Positions 26,248 to 36,542 of a DNA stretch of 64,000 nt are shown here, piece after piece. The DNA lies in NCBI GenBank assembly GCA_036675505.1, contig JAKFEW010000160.1, positions 177,273 to 241,272 on the forward strand, read 5' to 3'. The notes beneath the pieces were generated by a model. That model did no database searches, was not told the origin of the DNA, and was given only the letters and a program-made list of their open reading frames with translations. A program made the position numbers and the translations under genes. This DNA comes from Candidatus Sericytochromatia bacterium. Its GTDB lineage: Bacteria; Cyanobacteriota; Sericytochromatia; S15B-MN24; JAQBPE01. Each line of letters starts with the position of its first letter. The stretch's first letter is position 1.

Positions 26248-27015
26248 TTGGTGGAATACGGAACGTGGGGGCGCCGCTCGCTCGCGGCCGTCGCGATCCT
26301 GGCGCTGGTGGCCGGCTGCGGCACCGATGCAGGCACCAAGCCGCGCCGCACGGGATCGGACAAGCTGCCTTCGGTGCAGCCCGTCCCGGGCGAATACGTT
26401 GGCGGACCCGGCGGCCCAGGCCTCCCGGCCGGCGCCGCGGGGCAGGACGATCCGCAGGCGCGCGCGCTGATCACGCGCACCTCGGAGGCCGTCCGCGCGC
26501 TGCCCGCCTACCAGCTCGAGATGCGCTGGATGCAGAAGAAGGGCTCGACCGTCGCAAAGGGCGTCTACGACATCATCGGCAAGGCGCCGCGCACCATCCG
26601 CATCGACATCAAGGAAGGCAAAGGCAAGGGCACCAAGGTGCTGTACACCGGCGGCTCGACCGCCAAGGTCCGGCCGGACGGCGTGCTCGGCGCGATCACG
26701 GTCGATCTCTCGGTCAACGACGATCGCCTGCTTTCGGTGCGCAACTACAACATCCCCCAGACGGACCTCAAGGGCATGATGGACCAGCTGGTCGACCCGC
26801 GGCACAAGGCCCGGATCCTCGCGCAGACACAGGAGCGCGTCGCGATCGAGGTGAGCGGTGGGGCGCTGCTCAAGGGCTGCGCGAAGATGGTGATGGAGAT
26901 CGACCCGAACACGGCGCTGCCGCTGACGATTGACCAGTACGACGCCCGCGAGGTAGTCTTCCACCTGGATCTCCGCAACTTCAGGCCACGCAAAAATGCA
27001 TCCGTCGACATCTGA
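26248..27015 (+). CDS. hypothetical lipoprotein (LolA-like/beta-sandwich guess)
   Basis: TTG start with GGAGGAGG RBS. SLAAVAILALVAGCG lipobox, 255 aa. Confidence 0.55.
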   Translation: MVEYGTWGRRSLAAVAILALVAGCGTDAGTKPRRTGSDKLPSVQPVPGEYVGGPGGPGLPAGAAGQDDPQARALITRTSEAVRALPAYQLEMRWMQKKGSTVAKGVYDIIGKAPRTIRIDIKEGKGKGTKVLYTGGSTAKVRPDGVLGAITVDLSVNDDRLLSVRNYNIPQTDLKGMMDQLVDPRHKARILAQTQERVAIEVSGGALLKGCAKMVMEIDPNTALPLTIDQYDAREVVFHLDLRNFRPRKNASVDI

Positions 27016-28006
27016 TCCCCGGCGCGGCGCCCCCGGCAGCGGGGGCGCCCGTTTCTTGCTGGCGGCCCTGCTGGCGCTCACGCCTGCCTTCGCCGCCCAG
27101 GCGATGGCCCGCAAGCCCGCGATCGTCCCGGCCGATGCAGCGCCGGCGCCCGCCTGGGTGCGGACCGGCGACGGCAGCGCGATGCCGGGCCGCGACGAGC
27201 TGGCCGTGCGCTGGCTCGGCACCGCCGGCTTCGAGATCCGCACGGCCAAGACCGCGATCCTGATCGATCCCTATTACTCGCGCACGCCGCTCGGCCAGCT
27301 GCTCCAGGGCCCCGCGCGCCCCGACGAGGCGGCGATCAAGGCCCATGTCCGGCCGGTGGACGGCGTGTTCGTCGGCCACAGCCACTTCGACCACATGATC
27401 GACGCGCCCACCGCCGCGAAGCTCACCAGCGCTGTGCTCTACGGCTCGCCCGCGACGCTCGAGGTGGCTGCGCAGGAGGGCCTGCCCGCTCCCCAGCGCT
27501 TCGCGATCAAGGGCGGCGATCGGGTGAAGGTGGGCGACCTTTACGTGGACATCGTCGAGAGCCGCCACTCCACGATGGCGACGCAGTGGCTCGCGGGCGG
27601 CGAGATGCCCGCGAGCGTGAAGGTGCCGATGTGGTTCCTGGAGTACAAGAACGGCCCGGTCTTCGGCTTCTTGATCCACTGGCGCGGGCGCACCCTCTAC
27701 CACTGCGGGAGCGCCGACATCAACGAGGCCAACCTGGCAGGCAAGCGCGCCGAGACCGTGCTGTTCTGCGTGAGCGGCTGGAAGAGCTCGCCGGACGTGA
27801 TCAAACGCGTTTACGCGGCCTTGCGGCCGGCGGTGATCCTGCCGATGCACCACGACGACTTCTTCAAGCCCTTCGAGGCCGGCGTGAAGGAGAACCTGCT
27901 CGCCTATTACGGCGAGGCGCTCGGCGTGATCCGGCGCGACGCGCCCGGGGCCGCGATCCGGGAGGTCGGCTTCTTCGACGACCACCGCTTCCGCGCGAGG
28001 GACTGA
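26996..28006 (+). CDS. MBL-fold metallo-hydrolase, secreted
   Basis: HxHxDH motif VGHSHFDHM plus downstream His (HWRG, MHHDD). Signal peptide ARFLLAALLALTPAFAAQA. 20-nt overlap with the upstream gene, so the start is uncertain. Confidence 0.7.
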   Translation: MHPSTSDPRRGAPGSGGARFLLAALLALTPAFAAQAMARKPAIVPADAAPAPAWVRTGDGSAMPGRDELAVRWLGTAGFEIRTAKTAILIDPYYSRTPLGQLLQGPARPDEAAIKAHVRPVDGVFVGHSHFDHMIDAPTAAKLTSAVLYGSPATLEVAAQEGLPAPQRFAIKGGDRVKVGDLYVDIVESRHSTMATQWLAGGEMPASVKVPMWFLEYKNGPVFGFLIHWRGRTLYHCGSADINEANLAGKRAETVLFCVSGWKSSPDVIKRVYAALRPAVILPMHHDDFFKPFEAGVKENLLAYYGEALGVIRRDAPGAAIREVGFFDDHRFRARD

Positions 28007-28007
28007 C

Positions 28008-29399
28008 ATGACCGCACGCCGCCTGCTGGCCGCCGCCGCGACGCTCGCCTTGCTCAGCCTGGGCGCGGTTCCACCGCCCTCGCTGGGCGACGAGGCCGCC
28101 GACAAGCTGCGCGATTACCTGCGCATCGACACCTCCAACCCGCCCGGCAACGAGGAAGCCACCGCGCGCCTGATCGCCCGCTGGCTGGCCGCCGAGGGCG
28201 TGCCGTCGAAAGTGCTCGTGGCCGAGCCGGGCCGCGGCAACCTGATCGCGCGGCTGAAGGGCAGCGGGCCCGAGAAGCCGCTGATGCTGCTGCACCACAT
28301 GGACGTCGTGCCGGCCGAGGCCGCCCGCTGGAAGCACCCGCCCTTCGCGGCCGAGGTGCACGACGGCGCGATCTGGGGCCGCGGCGCGCTCGACATGAAG
28401 GGCTTCGGCGTCATGCAGGTGGTCGCCTTCCTGCAGCTCGTGCGCGATCGCGTGCCGCTGCGCCGCGACGTGATCCTGGCCGCGACGGCGGACGAGGAGG
28501 CCGGCGCCGAGGTGGGCGTGCCCTGGCTGATCGCGAACCACCCCGCCGAGGTGGATGCCGGTGAGGTGCTCAACGAGGGCGGCATGGGGCTCATCACGAA
28601 GTCCGGCAAGCCGCTGATGGGCATCCAGACCGCCGAGCGCGGCACGTTCTGGCTGCGCGCGACCGCCAGCGGCGACACCGGCCACGGCTCGCGCGAGCGG
28701 CCGGACTCGGCCACGCGCCGGCTGTTGCGGGCGATGGCGCGCCTCGAGGCGGCGCCCCGCACGCTCGAGCTCGGCCCCGAGTCGCAGGCGATGTTGCACG
28801 CCTTCGCCTCCACGGAGACGGGCCTGGCGGCCTTCGCGCTGAACGCCGTGGCGCAGCCCTGGATCCTGCCGCTCCTCGGCCCGCGCCTGATCGCCGCCGA
28901 GCCCGCGCTCGCGCCGCTGCTCGCCAACACGATCAACCCGACCGTGCTTGCGGCCGGCACGAACACCAACGTGGTGCCGGGCGCGGCGAGCGCCGAGGTC
29001 GACATCCGCATCCTGCCTGGGCGCACCACGGCCGCCACGCTGGATTGGGTCAAGGCGGCCACCGCCGTGCCGGGTGACCCGCCGCTCGCGTGGAAGGTGC
29101 TGCATGAGCGCGCGCCCTCGCGCAGCGCGGCGACGGGGGCGTTGTGGGACGCCCTGGTGGCGGCCATCGGCGAGGAGTACCCGGGCGTGCCGGTGATGCC
29201 GATCCTCACGCCGGGCGGCGGCACGGACTCGGCGTTCTTCCGCGAGCGCGGGGCGCAGGCGCTGGGGTGCATGCCGATCATGGCGACGCAGAAGCAGATC
29301 GACGCGATCCACGGCGACGACGAGTATGTGACGTACGACCAGCTCGAGCGCGGCACGAAGGCGCTCTACAGCACCCTGGTGCGCGCGGCGGGCCGCTAG
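28008..29399 (+). CDS. M20 family metallopeptidase (ArgE/DapE/CPG2-like), secreted
   Basis: PLMLLHHMDVVPAE, ADEEAG, GEVLNEGG, and a C-terminal dimerisation-domain pattern. N-terminal signal peptide. Confidence 0.85.
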   Translation: MTARRLLAAAATLALLSLGAVPPPSLGDEAADKLRDYLRIDTSNPPGNEEATARLIARWLAAEGVPSKVLVAEPGRGNLIARLKGSGPEKPLMLLHHMDVVPAEAARWKHPPFAAEVHDGAIWGRGALDMKGFGVMQVVAFLQLVRDRVPLRRDVILAATADEEAGAEVGVPWLIANHPAEVDAGEVLNEGGMGLITKSGKPLMGIQTAERGTFWLRATASGDTGHGSRERPDSATRRLLRAMARLEAAPRTLELGPESQAMLHAFASTETGLAAFALNAVAQPWILPLLGPRLIAAEPALAPLLANTINPTVLAAGTNTNVVPGAASAEVDIRILPGRTTAATLDWVKAATAVPGDPPLAWKVLHERAPSRSAATGALWDALVAAIGEEYPGVPVMPILTPGGGTDSAFFRERGAQALGCMPIMATQKQIDAIHGDDEYVTYDQLERGTKALYSTLVRAAGR

Positions 29400-29409
29400 C
29401 CCCTGGAAA

Positions 29410-30051
29410 TCAGAGCGCCTCGTCGCCGTGCAGCGCGCGCACGGTCGGGCTCGTGGGGATCGCCGCGACCTCGGGCAGCGTGCCGAGCGCCCGGTCCATG
29501 ATCGACTCCGTCACGCCGAACCAGTAATGCTCGTTCTTGTAGTGGTGCCACGTGTGCATCGTCTTGAGCCGCCGGAAATAGGCCGAGCGCGGCTGGTACG
29601 GCACGTGCGCGACGAAGTGGATCCACTCGTAGAAGAGCATCGTCGCCATGTTGCCGAAGAGCATCCCCAGCGCGGCCGCAGGCGGCAGGAACGTGAGGTA
29701 GAGCGCGCCGTACAGGAATGGCGCCGGGATCGTGAACCACATCGGCGCGAAGAGCAGATCGAGCTGGCGCGGGTCGACGTGGTGGCCGTAATGCAGCCGG
29801 CGCTGGATCTTCACGGCCCAGGCCCACGGCAGCGGCTTCGCGTGCAAGATCCAGCGGTGGGTCACGTATTCATGCAGCGGCCAGGTCACCACGCCGATCG
29901 CGGCCCAGGCGGCCCAGACGGCGAGCCCGGGCAGGCCGACCACCCAGAGGCCGACGGCGGCGCTCAGGACGACCATCAACGCGAGCACCACGTTGCAGCG
30001 CTGCTGGAAGAAGAGGCCGATCGCCTCGGACGTACGGAGCTCGGTCGCCAT
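29410..30051 (-). CDS. fatty acid hydroxylase superfamily (sterol desaturase/CrtZ-like) membrane protein
   Basis: Histidine boxes HRWILH, HYGHH, HTWHHYKNEH in a multi-TM protein. Confidence 0.75.
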   Translation of the reverse strand: MATELRTSEAIGLFFQQRCNVVLALMVVLSAAVGLWVVGLPGLAVWAAWAAIGVVTWPLHEYVTHRWILHAKPLPWAWAVKIQRRLHYGHHVDPRQLDLLFAPMWFTIPAPFLYGALYLTFLPPAAALGMLFGNMATMLFYEWIHFVAHVPYQPRSAYFRRLKTMHTWHHYKNEHYWFGVTESIMDRALGTLPEVAAIPTSPTVRALHGDEAL

Positions 30052-30191
30052 CGACGCTACCTCCCGTCGCCTGTATCACTCTGACGATCCCATCTTGCCG
30101 GATCGCCGACGCGGATTCAAGCCCCCTTGCCGGCTTTCCTCGCGAAAGTCTCAACCGAGAGTTTCGATAAGGCCGAAACCGGAGGCTGACC

Positions 30192-31070
30192 GTGAACGTG
30201 AACCCCGACTGGCTGCGCTACTTCGTGGCCCTCGCCGACACCGGCGGCTTCGCCGCGGCCGCCGCGCGGCTCGACGTGACGTCCCAGGCCGTCAGCAAGG
30301 CGATCGCCGGCCTCGAGGACCGCTACCGCGTGCGCCTGGTCGACCGCGACCAGCGCGTCCGCGGGCTCACGCCGGCCGGCGAGTCGCTGCTCGCCGAGGC
30401 CCGCGCGATCCTCGCGCGCATGGAAGACCTCGACCGCCAGATGGCGGGCTGGAAGGAGCGCGCGATCGCGGGCCCGGTGGCGATCGGCACGGCGGGGTTC
30501 TGGCACGACCACGTGCTGCCGCCGATCGTGGCCGCGCTGCAGAAGCGCCACCCGCGCATCCGGCCGCGCATCCACGACATGCTGCCGGAGGACGTCGAGC
30601 GCTGGACGGCGGACGGCGAGCTCGATCTCGGCTTCCTGCCCCGCCCGCCGGCGCGGCCGGACCTCGTGGCCGTCGAGGCGTCGACGACGCCGCTGCTGAT
30701 CGTCTCGGCGCCGGGTCCGAAGCGGCCCTGGCACGAGCTCGGCTGGATCGTGCCACGGTTCTTCAAGCGCGACCTCGACCTCCCGCTCGACAACTGGCCG
30801 GACGACCGCTTCCCGCGCCAGATCGTGGCCGAGGTCGAGAGCTTGAGCACGGCGATCCAGCTCGCCGAGGCCGGCGTAGGCGCGGCCTTCCTGCCTGAGC
30901 TCGCGATCAAGGCGCGCCTGGCAGCGGGCAAGCTCGCCGTCATCGCGGATCCGCCCGTGCAGGTAAACGAGCACCTGTGGGTGGTCTGGCGTCGGCGCGT
31001 GCGCCCACGCCCGGCCGCGCGGGAGCTGCTGGCAGCGCTTGGCGTCTGGCGCGAGGCGGGCGCGAAGTAG
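30192..31070 (+). CDS. LysR family transcriptional regulator
   Basis: N-terminal HTH LRYFVALADTGGFAAAAARLDVTSQAVSKAIAGLE plus a LysR substrate-binding domain. Divergent from the hydroxylase-family gene, a typical LysR arrangement. Confidence 0.9.
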   Translation: MNVNPDWLRYFVALADTGGFAAAAARLDVTSQAVSKAIAGLEDRYRVRLVDRDQRVRGLTPAGESLLAEARAILARMEDLDRQMAGWKERAIAGPVAIGTAGFWHDHVLPPIVAALQKRHPRIRPRIHDMLPEDVERWTADGELDLGFLPRPPARPDLVAVEASTTPLLIVSAPGPKRPWHELGWIVPRFFKRDLDLPLDNWPDDRFPRQIVAEVESLSTAIQLAEAGVGAAFLPELAIKARLAAGKLAVIADPPVQVNEHLWVVWRRRVRPRPAARELLAALGVWREAGAK

Positions 31071-31087
31071 GCGCGCCCGCGGGCTGA

Positions 31088-31246
31088 CTAGCCGATCGGC
31101 ACCAGGCGCGGCAACGGGGCGCCCGGACGGGTGACGACGCGCCACATCACGACGTAGCTGGTCGGCTCGAGCTTGGGCGGGGCGACCTCGCCCTGCGTGG
31201 TGGCCAGCAGCGTGGTGGCCTCGATGCCCTGAATGATGTTCCGCAT
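31088..31246 (-). CDS. small protein candidate (52 aa), not in ORF track
   Basis: ATG preceded by GGAGG 5 nt upstream. Translation MRNIIQGIEATTLLATTQGEVAPPKLEPTSYVVMWRVVTRPGAPLPRLVPIG*. About 50 of 52 codons have G/C at position 3. Confidence 0.35.
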   Translation of the reverse strand: MRNIIQGIEATTLLATTQGEVAPPKLEPTSYVVMWRVVTRPGAPLPRLVPIG

Positions 31247-31363
31247 GTTCGCCTCCGGGGAAGTCCCCTTCCAGTATGTCGGCGAAGTCTGTGACGGATG
31301 AAGGTACGAGCGTCACATTTCACAACGCCGTAACAATCCAGGCCCCGCCCAGGCCAGGGACGG

Positions 31364-32689
31364 TCAGGGGAGCGGCAGCCCCAGGCTGGCCTGGGGCGCG
31401 TGCTCGAGCTCGAGCCAGTCCTTGCCCATCACGATCGTCACGTCGGAGCTCAGCTCGCCGGTGGCGGCGACCACCACCTCGCCCACGCCGATCGCCGCGA
31501 GCAGCGCCTGGGCCCCTGTCTCGTCGGCGTTCTGGGCGATGATCTGGGTGATCTCATGGCCGAGGCGGGCGTCGCGGCCGGCCTCCTCCACCCACACGTA
31601 GCCGGCACCCGCGAGCGCCCGCTTGAGGCGGCGCAGCGCCTGGCGATCGCCCACCCCGTCGCGCAGCGCGATGCGCACCCGCCCCGGCGCCCTGGCCGTG
31701 GCGACCGTGCGGCCCATCAGGAAGCCGTCCACCAGCCGGTGGGCGCCGTCCAGGTCGGGCACCCAGTACCAGCCCCCGGCGATCAGGCCCTCGCGCCCCG
31801 GCACCATCGTCATCCGCACGCGCGCGCCGTCGAGGCCACGGCCCCACGACGCGAGGCGCACCATTTCGCCGGTCGAGAGATCGGTCTCCATGTTCTGGCG
31901 GACCAGCCCCACCAGCTGCGGCACCTGCAAGAGGTTTTTCGGCGTGAGCAGCTGGCCCACCGCGGCCTGCATGAAGAGCTGCTGGCGCTGCACGCGGCCG
32001 ATGTCGCCGAGGTCGTCGTGGCGGAAACGCAAGAAGTCATGGGCCTGCTGGCCGCTCAGCCGGTTGGGCCCTTTCCGGAGGTGGATGTGCAGCTTGCCGC
32101 TCCAGTCGTCGTAGTTCAGGTCCTTCGGCACGTAAATCTCGACGCCGCCCAGCGCATCCACGAGCTGGATCACCGCCCGCGTGTTGATCAGCACGTAGCG
32201 GTCGACCGGCACGTCGAGCAGGGCCGCGACCGTGCGGACGGACAGCCCAGGGCCGCCGTAGGGGTTGGCGGCGTTGATCTTGAAGGTGCCGTGGCCGGGG
32301 ATCGCCGTGCGCGTGTCGCGCGGGATCGAGAGGATCCGGGCGTCGCCGCGCTGGGGGTCGAAGCGCGCGAGCATCATGGTGTCGGTGTTGCCGCGCAGGC
32401 CCGGGGCGCGTTTGCCGCCTTGATACTCCCAGCTCACGTCGGTGGCCATGAAGAGCACGTTGAGCGGCTGCTCGAGCGTCGGCAGCAGGCTGAGCGCCGA
32501 GGGCGCGGCCGTCGCCACGGCGAGCGGCTCGCCGGCCGAGGCCGTCGGCATGGGCGAAGGGCGCCCGGTGGCGAGCACGGTCTCCAGACCGAACCCGCCG
32601 GCGAGGCCCATGACGGCGGCCATGAAGATCGCTGCCAAGAACGTGGTGCGTGCCGGCCCCCGCCGCCGCATCCGCGATTTCCGCCCCAT
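31364..32689 (-). CDS. LytR-CpsA-Psr (LCP) family protein
   Basis: N-terminal TM anchor and LCP core (NVLFMATD...DTMMLARFDPQRGDARILSIPRDT...VDRYVLINTRAVIQLVDALGGVEI). Confidence 0.8.
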   Translation of the reverse strand: MGRKSRMRRRGPARTTFLAAIFMAAVMGLAGGFGLETVLATGRPSPMPTASAGEPLAVATAAPSALSLLPTLEQPLNVLFMATDVSWEYQGGKRAPGLRGNTDTMMLARFDPQRGDARILSIPRDTRTAIPGHGTFKINAANPYGGPGLSVRTVAALLDVPVDRYVLINTRAVIQLVDALGGVEIYVPKDLNYDDWSGKLHIHLRKGPNRLSGQQAHDFLRFRHDDLGDIGRVQRQQLFMQAAVGQLLTPKNLLQVPQLVGLVRQNMETDLSTGEMVRLASWGRGLDGARVRMTMVPGREGLIAGGWYWVPDLDGAHRLVDGFLMGRTVATARAPGRVRIALRDGVGDRQALRRLKRALAGAGYVWVEEAGRDARLGHEITQIIAQNADETGAQALLAAIGVGEVVVAATGELSSDVTIVMGKDWLELEHAPQASLGLPLP

Positions 32690-32849
32690 GACCTCCCCAT
32701 GCGCCGGTCACGGGCCGGCGTCTCGCGTGGACATTATACCTCCGCGGATTCCTGGCCCAACCAGGCAAGCCGCGGCCCGGCCGCTCGCTTAAAACTGCTC
32801 GATTTCGCGTATAAGGAGAAAAGCGGGCGAGCGTCCGCAGCCAGGTTCC

Positions 32850-33632
32850 ATGCCGCCGATCGATCCCAACCGCCCAGCCGCCCCCAAGCCCCGCCCCCAG
32901 GCCAGGCCAGCCGCCAAACCGCCCTCCGCGGTCGCGCCGCCGCCGACCCGGGACACCTACGTGCGCGCGCCCGTGACCCCGCCGAGCCCGCGGTGGTCGT
33001 TCAAGCCCGACACCGTGCGCGGCACCTACGACGCCCGCGCCGAGCGCACCCCCACCTACGACTTCCCCACGATCATCGCCCAGGTGCCGGCGATATGGGA
33101 GCGCCGGGTCGCGGCCGACATGCGCCTCGACCTCCGCAAGCGCAGCACGACCCTGCGCCCGCAGGAGACCTACGGCCAGCTCTTCGAGCGGATCGGCACG
33201 GAGCTCGGCGTCGATCCCTGTGCGCTCGCGGCTTTCTGCGTCTTCGAGAGCTACGACGCCGCCCGCGGCTCCTTCAACCCGCACATGCGCGAAGTCGGCC
33301 GCGGGATGCTCGCCGCCGGCATCGCGGCCACGCAGGCGCAGGACTGGCGCGGAAAGCTCATCCCGGGCCTGACCCGGCGCCTCCCGAAAACCAAGGAGGC
33401 GACGGCCACCATGCTGCGCGCGAACCCCGAGTACGCCCTGCGCTGCCTCGCCGCCGAGATGAAGGTGCCCTACGCGGCGAACGGCGACCTGGCGAAGGCC
33501 TTCCCGCTGGTCGCCTACCCGGCCTGGGGCGATCCGCGGCGCCAGCGCGGCAACTACGGCAACGTGGCCCAGTACGTCAGCCGCGCGCATGCGCTCTACC
33601 AGGCGTTTGTGGGCGCGGCTGCGAAGCGCTGA
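32850..33632 (+). CDS. hypothetical protein, possible lytic transglycosylase (SLT)-like domain
   Basis: Pro-rich N-terminus. VFESYDAARGSFNPHMREVGRGMLAAG loosely matches the SLT ES...S/N...GA.GLMQ pattern. Good composition. Confidence 0.5.
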   Translation: MPPIDPNRPAAPKPRPQARPAAKPPSAVAPPPTRDTYVRAPVTPPSPRWSFKPDTVRGTYDARAERTPTYDFPTIIAQVPAIWERRVAADMRLDLRKRSTTLRPQETYGQLFERIGTELGVDPCALAAFCVFESYDAARGSFNPHMREVGRGMLAAGIAATQAQDWRGKLIPGLTRRLPKTKEATATMLRANPEYALRCLAAEMKVPYAANGDLAKAFPLVAYPAWGDPRRQRGNYGNVAQYVSRAHALYQAFVGAAAKR

Positions 33633-33720
33633 GTCGACGTGAAGGCGACGTGATCGTCGTCACGTGACGCCTCTAGCGGTCTGGTATAGTAGGCCTGGCA
33701 AGCGAGCCTCAGGAGCGACG

Positions 33721-35703
33721 ATGCGCCGCGAAATCGCCCAGCAAAAGGCCACCATGAAGAAGATCGCCGCGCCGGCCGCGCAGGCGTTCCTCGAGGCACA
33801 GGCCAGGGCCGAGTCCGAGGAGAGCGACCAGGGCAAGGACGTCGTCCAGCGCCAGCAACTGGCGGACAAGCTCGCGAAGGCCGACGACACCGGCTACGCC
33901 TGGGACGCGCCTGCCGAGCCCATGGGCGGCCCCATACCGCCTTCTGCGCCCGCCCCGATGGCACCCGGCGGCGCGCCGCCGCCCAGCCTGGCCGAGGCGC
34001 CGTCGCCCCTGATCGCGGGTGGCCTGGCGCCCCCGCAGGAATACGCGGCGTTCGAGCGAAGCGCCAGCTTTTCAGGGGCCCCGCCCCCCGCCACCCGCGC
34101 CCGTGCCGCCGCCGCCCCGAGGAAAGCCAAGATGTCGCTCCCCGCTTACGAGAAAACCAGCGAAGAGCTCCAGCTCGAGTCCACCGGCGCCAAGGTGGTG
34201 GAGACCGGCTTCTGGATCTGGCGCAACGTGATCGTGCCGCCCAACATGTATGTCGTGCAGACGCGCCGCGGCCGCGCCGAGCCGGTGACGATCGGGATGG
34301 GCAAGAGCTTCCGCTACAACCCGCTCGTCGACAGCTACCTGGTCGTGCCCGCGGCGATGCAGACGATCGGCATCTTCGCCCGCTGCATCAGCGCCGAGAA
34401 GCAGGGCATCAACGTGCTCGCCTACGTCCAGTGGCTGATCTCGGACTTCTCGCTGGCCTACAAGCGGCTCGACTTCTCGAACATCAACGATCCGATGGGC
34501 ATCGTGAACGCCCAGCTCAAGGAGCAGGCCGAGGCGGCAATCAAGGATACGGTCGCGACGATGTCCGTCGAGCAGGTGCTCAAGGACAAGGCGCCGATCA
34601 TCCAGGAGCTGACCGAGCGCATGAAGAGCGTGGCCGAGGGCCGCGACGGCGACGGCCTGGGCCTCAAGATCGTGACGGTGCAGATCAAAGAGGCGATGGT
34701 CGCCTCGACCACGCTGTGGGACAACCTGCAGGCGCCCTTCCGCCACGAGAAGGCCCGATTGGCCAGGCTCTCCGAGATCGCGACGGAGTCCGAGATCCAG
34801 CAGAAGAGCCGCGAGGCCGCGGTCGAGCGCGAGGCGGCGGACGCCAAGGCGGCGTCGGAGATCGCCAAGCTGCGCGCCCAGGTCGAGCTCGACGATCGCC
34901 AGGCGACGCTGGCCTCCCAGACCCGGCAACAAGAGCTCGCGCAGAAGGCCGAGCAGGACCAGCAGCGCTACCGCCAGGAGACCGACCTCCAGCGCATCGC
35001 GATCGAGCAGCGGCTCGAGGCCGAGCGCCAGAAGACCGAGCTCATCCGGCTCCAGGCCGAGCACGAGCGCGCGGCCGAAGAGGCCCGGCTCGCCGCCGAC
35101 GAGGAGATCGCGCGCCTGCGGGCCGAGCTCTGGCGGCAGGCCGAGGAGGCACGCATCGCGGCCGAGAACCAGACCCAGGCGATCGCCCAGCAAGAGGGCC
35201 TCGCGATCGCCCGCACCGCCTCGCAGCTCGCCGAGCTCGAGGCCACCGAGCGTCTCGTGACGGCGCGCCGCGAGGCCGAGGCCGTGGACCTGCGGGCGCG
35301 CATGGCGCTCGACCGCGAGCGGCACGCCAACAAGCTCGAGGCCGAGCGCCTGGCCGAGGAGCAGCGCCTCGGGCTCGCCGTGGCGTCCAACCGGGCCGAG
35401 CTCGACCGGCTGCGCACGGCCGCCGAGATCGACAGGCACCGCCAGGAGACCGCCAACGCCAAGACGCCGTCCGCGATCCAGGGCGAGCTGGTCAAGGTGC
35501 TGCCGGAGATCGCGCAGCACATGCCGGACATCCAGGAGTACCGCTACGTGGGCGTCTCGGACGGCAACGGCGGCGGCGGCGCGTTCGCAGCCCTGCCCGA
35601 GTTCATGGCCAAGGCGATGGGCGTGGCAAGCGCGTTCGGCTGGAAGCTGCCGGCCGGCGGGGCCACGCCGCCGGCCGCGCCCGACGACGGCGCAGCGAGC
35701 TGA
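33721..35703 (+). CDS. SPFH/band 7 (flotillin-like) protein with long coiled-coil
   Basis: Membrane-hairpin and SPFH core (GFWIWRNVIVPPNMYVVQTRRGRAEPVTIG), followed by an Ala/Glu/Arg-rich coiled-coil about 250 aa long, typical of flotillin/YqiK. Confidence 0.8.
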   Translation: MRREIAQQKATMKKIAAPAAQAFLEAQARAESEESDQGKDVVQRQQLADKLAKADDTGYAWDAPAEPMGGPIPPSAPAPMAPGGAPPPSLAEAPSPLIAGGLAPPQEYAAFERSASFSGAPPPATRARAAAAPRKAKMSLPAYEKTSEELQLESTGAKVVETGFWIWRNVIVPPNMYVVQTRRGRAEPVTIGMGKSFRYNPLVDSYLVVPAAMQTIGIFARCISAEKQGINVLAYVQWLISDFSLAYKRLDFSNINDPMGIVNAQLKEQAEAAIKDTVATMSVEQVLKDKAPIIQELTERMKSVAEGRDGDGLGLKIVTVQIKEAMVASTTLWDNLQAPFRHEKARLARLSEIATESEIQQKSREAAVEREAADAKAASEIAKLRAQVELDDRQATLASQTRQQELAQKAEQDQQRYRQETDLQRIAIEQRLEAERQKTELIRLQAEHERAAEEARLAADEEIARLRAELWRQAEEARIAAENQTQAIAQQEGLAIARTASQLAELEATERLVTARREAEAVDLRARMALDRERHANKLEAERLAEEQRLGLAVASNRAELDRLRTAAEIDRHRQETANAKTPSAIQGELVKVLPEIAQHMPDIQEYRYVGVSDGNGGGGAFAALPEFMAKAMGVASAFGWKLPAGGATPPAAPDDGAAS

Positions 35704-35714
35704 CGCGGCCCGCC

Positions 35715-36539
35715 ATGCCGTTCCGCGACCAGGTATGGCTCGTCACGGGGGCGTCGTCCGGCATCGGCCGGGCGATCGCCGCCCTGCTCGTGCGGCGCGG
35801 CGCGAAGGTCGGGCTGATGGCCCGGCGCGCCGACGTGCTCGAGGCGCTGCGCGCCACGTGGGGCCAGCCCGACCGCGTGGTGGTCGTCGCGGGCGACGTC
35901 TCGGACCGCGAGGCCTGCGAGCGCGCCGTCACGACGACGCTGGCCGCGTTCGGCCGCCTCGACGGCGTGGTCCACAGCGCGGGCGTCTCGATGCGCGCGC
36001 GCGTCGCCGACGCGAAGCCCGAGGTGTTTCGCCAGCTGATGGCCGTGAACTACTTCTCGACGGTCGACCTCGCCCAGGCCGCCCTGCCCGCGCTGCGCGC
36101 CTCGCGCGGCCACTTCGTCGTGATCTCGAGCGTGGTCGGCAAGTTCGCGCCGCCCTGGCGCAGCGGCTACGCGGCGAGCAAGCACGCCGTGCAGGGCTTC
36201 CTCGACGCGCTGCGGGTCGAGACGGCCGACGAGGGCATCCACGTGATGGCGGTCTGCCCCGGCTTCGTCGTCACGGAGATCTCCCGCAACGCGATCGCCG
36301 CCGACGGCGGCGCCCACGGCCAGATGGACGCCGACACGGCCCGCGGCCTCGATCCCGACGACGTGGCCCGCGACGTGCTCGAAGGCGTCCGCAGGCGGTC
36401 CCGCGAAATCGCCCCCGCCGGCCTGCGCGAGCGGCTCGCGCTCACGCTGGCGCGCTTCGCGCCCGGCCTGCTCGACCGGGTGCTGTTGAAGCGGCTGCGC
36501 GCGAACGCCGACGTCGCAGCGGCCGAGGAGAGGAAGTAA
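35715..36539 (+). CDS. SDR family NAD(P)-dependent oxidoreductase
   Basis: TGASSGIGRAIA Rossmann motif, NAG-like (HSAG), catalytic YAASK (YxxxK). Confidence 0.9.
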   Translation: MPFRDQVWLVTGASSGIGRAIAALLVRRGAKVGLMARRADVLEALRATWGQPDRVVVVAGDVSDREACERAVTTTLAAFGRLDGVVHSAGVSMRARVADAKPEVFRQLMAVNYFSTVDLAQAALPALRASRGHFVVISSVVGKFAPPWRSGYAASKHAVQGFLDALRVETADEGIHVMAVCPGFVVTEISRNAIAADGGAHGQMDADTARGLDPDDVARDVLEGVRRRSREIAPAGLRERLALTLARFAPGLLDRVLLKRLRANADVAAAEERK

Positions 36540-36542
36540 GCG

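Noticed and set aside
34431-36539. 702-aa plus-strand ORF
   Set aside because: Only the C-terminal 274 codons (35715-36539, SDR with TGASSGIGRAIA) look real. The N-terminal two thirds are Arg/Gly-rich and overlap the flotillin gene in another frame.
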